From contig OZ024748.1 in NCBI GenBank assembly GCA_964016885.1, positions 19,406,001-19,470,000 on the forward strand: a stretch of 64,000 nucleotides of DNA, written 5' to 3'. Positions 55,371 to 64,000 of this stretch are shown here, piece after piece (the first letter of the stretch is position 1; each line of letters starts with the position of its first letter). The notes beneath the pieces are model-generated. The model saw nothing but the letters and a program-made list of their open reading frames with translations. It was not told where the DNA came from and made no database searches. A program made the position numbers and the translations under genes. Origin of the DNA: Eledone cirrhosa. Taxonomy: Eukaryota.

Positions 55371-56315
55371 CATACGCACTTACATACGTATGAATATATA
55401 CGCAAGCTGGTGCGTATGTGCAAGCGCGTGTATATGTACAACACACTATGATTGCTTCATCTTTCCTATCATTATAAATTTTCTGTTTATGATCTTGTAT
55501 ATTTGTAAAGTCACTCTTGAATGTATTCTCTACTGGTTGTTTTGTCTGTCAGTTGTTTGGTTGTGTGCTTGCGTGCTTGTTTGGTACTTTAAGTTGAGAA
55601 GCGATTGGCTAGGAAGTGTTAGATAAGGAAATAGCAGAGAAGCAGATGTGTTGGTTTGTTTTTAAAGTTTGTAAACCTTCTTCTTCCCAATCTTCATATG
55701 GGAATACTCTCCAGAATTTTTCTATTTGTTTATCTATTTATTTATCTATTTATTTATGCCTTTTCAAGGAAGAAAGACAAAAAAAATGAGGATTTATATA
55801 AATGCCTTTCTCTGAAGATGGCGTAATATGATGGAGCGGGTTACGAGAGAATTTTTGAAGAAAAGAAAATACCCCTAAATAATGGGGCATGCTGCAAAGA
55901 TGAGTTAGAGAAAATTAGGTAGGATTTTTGAAAAGAGAATGAAAACAAAAATTATATATAATACAAATAAAAACAACAAACAAACCAATGAGCAAACAAA
56001 AACACGTATTTAGAGGAGCGAGGAAAATAGGGCAAATATCAAGTGAGAAAAATAAGGGGGCCACAAGAATGTAATTGTGAGAGGAAGGTGAAAGGGAAAG
56101 GGTATGATGGTTTTGAAGATGATGTAGTTGTTGTGTTTAGATTTAGTGGAAGGGTCTGGAACGAATGTTGTGTGCGGGGACGGCGGGCTAGGGGCTTGGG
56201 GTAAGAGAATGTTTTCGGTGCAGCAGCGTGGGTGTTTTTCTTTGGGTGAGAATAATGAACGTTTTCTGTGTGAGTTGAGTCTATGGTTCAGTTTTGGAGA
56301 GGTATAGATACGCAC

Positions 56316-56356
<41 letters not shown>

Positions 56357-56357
<1 letters not shown>

Positions 56358-56411
56358 TACAGAATTAGCCGTCGAAACGGCTTGAACTCAGCCGTCGGGG
56401 TCTTCCTTGTT

Positions 56412-56468
<57 letters not shown>

Positions 56469-56695
56469 TCAGAAACGAAATATATATATATATATATAGG
56501 AACGAGTAGGACCCCGACGGCTGAGCTCAAGCCGTTTCGACGGCTAATTCTGGACTCTTGTCCAGAATTAGCCGTCGAAACGGCTTGAGCTCAGCCGTCG
56601 GGTTCCTACTCGTTCCTATTACCCACTCTACTACCATAAGTATTGAGTACTTTGGTGCGTTATGGTCCACCTGGTTCCTTACCACAATTCCTTTG

Positions 56696-56697
<2 letters not shown>
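56357..56697 (+). mobile_element. Family D fragments including a near-perfect palindrome (56498-56620)
   Basis: Centre TTCTGGAC-TCTT-GTCCAGAA, short left end, long right end. Confidence 0.7.
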
Positions 56698-56744
<47 letters not shown>

Positions 56745-56747
<3 letters not shown>

Positions 56748-56943
56748 CGTTTCTGAATTTGGTTAGCAAGATTCTTTATCTGAAAACGTGTGTTGAAACC
56801 GATATTGTTATACTTTGGGTGGGTCATGTTGGCAATAAGAAACACACGCCCCAGTTGCTTTCACTTCAATTTATTATAATAAATTGAAGTGAAAGCAACT
56901 GGTGCGTGTGTTTCTTATTGGCAACATGACCCTCCCAAAGTAT

Positions 56944-56950
<7 letters not shown>
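56745..56950. mobile_element. Family E-related palindromic insert
   Basis: 56802-56874 is inverted relative to 56875-56950. Confidence 0.65.
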
Positions 56951-57010
<60 letters not shown>

Positions 57011-57034
57011 CTCTATCTCTCTTAATACATACAT

Positions 57035-57065
<31 letters not shown>

Positions 57066-57136
57066 CACATATATGCATGTATATGTATATATGCACACGC
57101 ACACACACACATATATATATATATATGTATATATAC

Positions 57137-57990
57137 AAAAGATTTATTTCAAAGCCAAACTTCACACTAAGAGTTTTCTCCTTCAAAGTAATCCCCCTGG
57201 AGTCTAATACACTTTTCCATCCTTTTCTGCCACGCTTGCATGCACTCCTGGAATGATTCTTCCGGGGTCCTCCATTGTCACGGTCTTTTTGATGTCGTCC
57301 ACGTCTTCAAAACGGGTCCCCTCCTGGTCGTACTCGAAGATCCATGACTCATCACCGGTGATCACTGTCCCTAGCAAGTCTGGTTCGGTTTCAAGACGCT
57401 CGAGGATGTCCTGGCACACTTGCATGCGTCGACCCTTCTGGTCATCGTTCAGCAGTTTTGGCACCATCTTGGCACAGACTTTCCGCATGTCCAAATCTTC
57501 AGTGAGAATCTTCCAGACGCTGTACCGATTCATGCCCAGCTCATTTGCCATCAGTCGAAGAGTCAGCCGACGATCGCTACGCACCACCTGCCTGACGCGC
57601 TCAACATTGACCTCAGACCTGGTTGTTGAGGGCCTTCCGCTCCTGGGGTCATATTCCACGGCCTCGCGTCCTTCTTTAAACCTCTTCCACCACTTAAAAA
57701 CATGTGAGCGTGACATCGTCTCATCTCCCTACACTTGCTGCAGCAATCACAGTGCTTCTGACGGAGTTTTAGAGTATGTTCGTTGCTCTGTGCTCATTGC
57801 TTGAAGACCTGAAACAGAGAACATGTATATAAAATTATGAAGAAAAAAGTTTGAGCGCCGCAGAGAGTTAAGATTACAGTTACATTATCCGGGGGGATTA
57901 CTTTGAAAGAGGAAACTCTTAATCTGAAGTTTGGGTTTGAAATAAATCATTTGTGACATCAGTCCTGGAACTTTTCTGACACACCTCGTA
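57137..57990 (-). mobile_element. Internally deleted mariner transposon
   Basis: HTH FKWWKRFKEGRE..PRSGRP, KVCAKMVPKLL, ITGDESW then a jump to RFEDVDDIK. Right terminus TACGAGGTGTGTCAGAAAAGTTCC. 57137-57201 is inverted relative to 57888-57954. The outer left TIR is lost. Confidence 0.9.
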
Positions 57991-58002
57991 TATGGATATA
58001 TA

Positions 58003-58646
<644 letters not shown>

Positions 58647-58718
58647 TTTATATATACATATATATATGTATACATATGCATATATATATATGTATATATA
58701 TGCATATATATGTATATA

Positions 58719-58772
<54 letters not shown>

Positions 58773-58859
58773 TATATATATACATATATATGCATATATA
58801 TATGCATGTATATATATATGTATATATATATATATATGCATATATACATATATAAGCAC

Positions 58860-58952
<93 letters not shown>

Positions 58953-58986
58953 TATATATGTATATATGCATATATATATATATATA

Positions 58987-59064
<78 letters not shown>

Positions 59065-59081
59065 TATATACGTATATATGC

Positions 59082-59174
<93 letters not shown>

Positions 59175-59287
59175 TATACGGTGAGACAACTGCACCATGG
59201 CGCCGTGGTTGGGATTAAACCTCTCTCTCTCTCATGTTATATATGTATATATGTATATATGGTACTATGGTATAATTGTCTAACTGC

Positions 59288-59432
59288 AGCATAGAGTTAC
59301 GGCCGTTTACGTTCTGAGCTCAAATCACGCCGAGGTTAATTTTGCTTTTCATCCTTACAGGTTCGATAAAATAAAGTACCAGTAATGTACTGGGTAATTG
59401 CTGGCCTTGTGCCAAAACTAGAAACAATTATT
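59288..59432 (+). mobile_element. Meta-like SINE, 5'-truncated
   Basis: Similarity to 41-220. Confidence 0.8.
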
Positions 59433-59693
59433 TATATATATATATATTTCAATATTTTATAAAGAAAATGGCAGCGCTACCTTAATGTTCCACCGGCGAT
59501 AAATTCAGATGACAATCTGAAATGAGATGTTCGATGGGTGAAGAAAAATGAATTACTTTCTTCAGAGGTAGAGTGTGTACTTCTTGTGGTGATGAAAGTG
59601 CTACGATCCAAAAGAATGTGAATACATATATATATATATATATATATAAAGTAGCACCTACTGGCTATCTTACGGAAAGTGTATTTGTAGTTT

Positions 59694-59740
<47 letters not shown>

Positions 59741-59777
59741 TAATGTAATGGGCACAGATGGGGACGTAGCGATAAGA

Positions 59778-59849
<72 letters not shown>

Positions 59850-59973
59850 CAAACATTAATACAATACACAAGTAGACATACGTTCTGTATGGTAACAAAC
59901 AGCTGCATTCCATATTCATAGGAATTATAAATGTTTTTCTTGTTTCATTTCATATTATTTCGTTTTCGTAAAG

Positions 59974-60009
<36 letters not shown>

Positions 60010-60118
60010 TGTGTGTTTGCATATATATATATATATATATACATTACATTTATATACATATATATATATATACATATATATACATATATATATGTATGTA
60101 TATGCATGGGTAAACATA

Positions 60119-60213
<95 letters not shown>

Positions 60214-60226
60214 TTATATATACATA

Positions 60227-60317
<91 letters not shown>

Positions 60318-60340
60318 TTATATATACATATATATATATA

Positions 60341-60419
<79 letters not shown>

Positions 60420-60778
60420 GTATGTATATATAAATACACACATAAATATGTATGTATATATAAATACACATATATAATCCCATACATACGTAAACATGTA
60501 CATTTAAGTTTCATATTAACTTCAGTGTAATATCTGTAGTTTAGTTCCTCTTTGTTGTTATTGTTACTAAACTTAATAGTATTCATGTCTTCAAGTTCTA
60601 ACGAGGAGAGAATATAAATCACGGAACTCCTAAAACATATATATACACTCATATACACACATATACTTACATATACATACATATATACATATACGTATAT
60701 ATATACATATACGTATATATATATATGTATATATATATATGTATATATATTTACGTATATATGCATATTTATACATAA

Positions 60779-60816
<38 letters not shown>

Positions 60817-61214
60817 TTATGTATGTATATATATATTTGTGCGTGTGTGTGTGTATGTAATATATTTATATATATGTATATATATATATACTGTATATAT
60901 ATATATATATGATCTGTGTTTTGTAGGATATTGGTTGTGGTTTAGTGGGGGTGACATGACTACAGTCTGTTGTCAATGAGAATAACATAACAAAGAATAT
61001 GAAAGAACAGACTTGAAAAATGTAAGACAAACTGAAATAGAAAGAGAAAGATTTGACAAACAATGAGAAATACAGAGAAATTATCATAAGTAAATGTTCC
61101 TTATTTATGTTCAATCCTTGAGCAAACAAGCTGCTATCAAACAAACTAATGTTTGCTTAAGAGCAGCTTAAATGTTTTCTTTATGTAAAAACAAGGTATG
61201 TACGTGTATATATA

Positions 61215-61296
<82 letters not shown>

Positions 61297-61313
61297 CATA
61301 TGTATACATATAT

Positions 61314-61374
<61 letters not shown>

Positions 61375-61375
61375 T

Positions 61376-61432
<57 letters not shown>

Positions 61433-61781
61433 CATATGTATACATATATATACATACATATATATATATATATATATACATGTCATGTATGGCTTTTAAG
61501 AATATATAATCTTTGTTTTAACAGCAATACGATGGTGTTTGTAGCCTACATTATTATGTAGTTACAACTAGTTTAAGATAATGTCTCAACAGATTTTATG
61601 TTGAAAAGGAACCATTAAGTGGGAGGGAAAGAGGAAATAACAAAAGCGAATTAGACATATGTATATACATATATAAAGTGTTTCTATTATATATATATTT
61701 GTATGTGCGGCAATGGATTTTATTCAACAGACTGTGCTAACATTTTTTTTACTTCATCATGAATACTTATGTTTGTCGTTA

Positions 61782-61861
<80 letters not shown>

Positions 61862-61864
<3 letters not shown>

Positions 61865-62492
61865 GACAGCCGATCTGTGGGGCTATGTCGAACAACTGCT
61901 GTCAAGGGTGGGACCGATCCGGTTGACCACCGAGTCTATTGTAATGATCAAGCCGCCTCCCCCCTTCAAAGATGAAGCAGAGGCGGTGTTTCTGTGCGTA
62001 ATAGCCATGGCGAAAGAGGTTGTATGGTGGACGCGTCTGAAAGGACTGAGGTCAGGCACCTTTCTCTCTGGCCAACAACTGGTCCGTTTCTTCCGATATC
62101 ATTTCGGAAGAAGGATCAGGATGGAGAGAGAGGTGCTGCACCCCAGTCGTTTTTATGAAAGGTGGGTGAAAGTGGCGAGAATGGCCCGTGTGAATGGGCC
62201 TTCTCTTTACATAAGCCTGTAGGTGGAAAAGAGGAAGGAACGAGGGAGCACCCCTTCTCTGTGCTCCTGAGGAAAAGGGTTGCACACTTTTTTCGGGGGT
62301 GTGTGCGACCCCCCAAGGCGCCTCCTCTCTATTGAGGATTTTGTTAAAAATTTTATTTTTTGTTATATCTTATTTTATTTTTATATTTTGTTATTGCCTC
62401 CTCCTTATTGAGGACGCCTTTTTGTGTAAACTCCCCCCTTTGTACTTGTCCCACTTTTGATGCCCTAGTGGCAAATAAAAGAAACTTATCTA
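61862..62492 (+). mobile_element. Tx1-clade LINE 3' fragment after (TATC)n
   Basis: ADLWGYVEQLLSR...AMAKEVVWWTRLKG...FYERW, plus a 3'UTR ending GGCAAATAAAAGAAACTTATCTA. Confidence 0.8.
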
Positions 62493-63269
62493 TGTATCGA
62501 CCGGACGTGCGATAGATCGTTGGTAAGGTTTTGTAAAATATTCTATACAGAAACAGAAATTATTGTGTCAAAATTTATATTGTTTGATAGATTATCACCC
62601 TGGCTGAATTGTCAGCTGAGTGGTAATCTCAGTTTTCGCCTCTGTGGGGCGAAAATTTAATTAAAATAATTATTGAAAAGTTTTAAAATGTTCCCAACTG
62701 TAACAATGTGTGACGTTGACAGCGAGAAGAGAGGGAAAGAGGCAGATATAAGCATTATATCTCCCTCTATAAGTATCTATGGAGACAAGCAACAACAAAA
62801 CTTCGTTTCGTAAAAAAATGGATATTTGCACAACAAAAGATGAAAATACAGCCCACAACAGACATAAAAAAATACAGAAAATGCAGAAATTGAAACAATT
62901 AACACAACTACACACGAAAAAACCAACAACAACAAAAATAAAAAAAACAACATTCGCACAGACTGTAATAAAAAAACAGAATTTAAAGAGTTGGACATCA
63001 TCAATTCAAAACAGATGTTGTCTTATGCGAAACAATTTATAACATTTGAAGATAAGGGTGGATTTCATATAAACTCACCCTTGGAAATTAAACAAGAAAC
63101 AGTTGGAAGAACGGTAACCTTAAGAACTGTCTCAAATAAAATAAAATAGTCGGTATTCTTCAGTCAAGGGAAAATTGAAACCACCTTGAAAGAGGCTCTG
63201 CCGGACATTGATTTTATGCAAGTATTTCGGTACTGCCGAAACACCTGGACCTCGTAACACAGACGGCAC

Positions 63270-64000
63270 ATCTGGACCCGGAGGGTCGACTGGTGGTCCT
63301 AGACGTTGACAGTAGTGAAGGTGGAGCCTTCAGGCTGGTGGCCGCATATGCCCCATCCGAGACACCACGGCCATACTTCTTCAAACGTCTAGAGACTTTT
63401 CTGGGAACGTCCCGCTTTCTGCTGTTAGTGGGGGACTGGAATGGAATCCTAGATGCACGTTGGGACTATGTGGGAGCATGTCCCGATAGAGGGGGTGTAA
63501 CAGCCTCAAACAGTTAATCGGCCGATTTGACCTGGCCGATAGATATCGACTAGATTTTCCGACTGTGCCACAGAGGCGAAAACTGAGATTACCACTCAGC
63601 TGACAATTCAGCCAGGGTGATAATCTATCAAACAATATAAATTTTCACACAATAATTTCTGTTTTTGTATAGAAAATTTTACAAAAGCTTGCCGACGGCC
63701 TACCGCGACTCTCGGACAGCGAGGCCTAGTTCTGCGAAAGGCCGATTTCGGCCGCTGAGATAGAGGGCGCGCTGAGCCAATGCGACAAACGCAAATCTCC
63801 AGGTCTCGACGGTCTACCCTACGAATTTTACGTAGCAATGCCGGACTTGTTCTCCGGTCTCCTGGAAGCGGTCTACTGCAACTGGCAGCAGAACGGGAGA
63901 ATTCCTAGTTCTGTGACCAAGGGCGTAATCACGTTAGTCAGGAAGGACGAGAACAAGGGGGATGACATAGGCAACTTCCGGCCCATAACTCTGCTCAACA
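63270..64000 (+). mobile_element. Tx1-clade LINE ORF2 fragments: APE endonuclease (about 63270-63565) and start of RT (about 63690-64000)
   Basis: DPEGRLVVLDV...RLVAAYAP...LLLVGDWNGILD; KSPGLDGLPYEFY...GVITLVRK...NFRPITLLN. Confidence 0.85.

Noticed and set aside
56498-56620. HHR in the family D palindrome
   Set aside because: GAAA is present but no CTGANGA or variant core was found in any copy here.
59474-59575. Possible HHR (ctacct-CTGAAGA...TA-aggtag) on the minus strand
   Set aside because: No GAAA in the right place and no stem II.

Overview
AT-rich eukaryotic nuclear DNA, very likely an octopod cephalopod. This rests on a cephalopod-type mitochondrial 16S NUMT, octopus-type tRNA SINEs and extreme microsatellite density. 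No host protein-coding gene can be called with confidence, and nearly all ORF-track entries are microsatellite translations. The window is a patchwork of (TA)n, (CA)n, (TATG)n, (GAA)n and (CCA)n microsatellites carrying SINEs, LINE fragments (RTE, R4/Dong, Tx1, CRE-like), a deleted mariner, a Helitron and a NUMT. The main signal, read by eye, is at least ten distinct sequence families of short non-coding inserts in (TA)n tracts, many with type I hammerhead ribozymes (HHRs). Most have a recurrent back-to-back inverted architecture with one long and one short 3' end. One is joined to a Penelope-like GIY-YIG endonuclease fragment (44505-46032). Three are tandem or terminally redundant units of 310, 508 and 472 bp, each with one HHR per unit. 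These look like a retrozyme-like or circular-RNA system mobilised by Penelope-like elements (PLEs). One family carries a compensatory U3-A8 HHR core, and several carry U-U at 10.1/11.1. All folds and alignments were done by eye and need computational and experimental confirmation.
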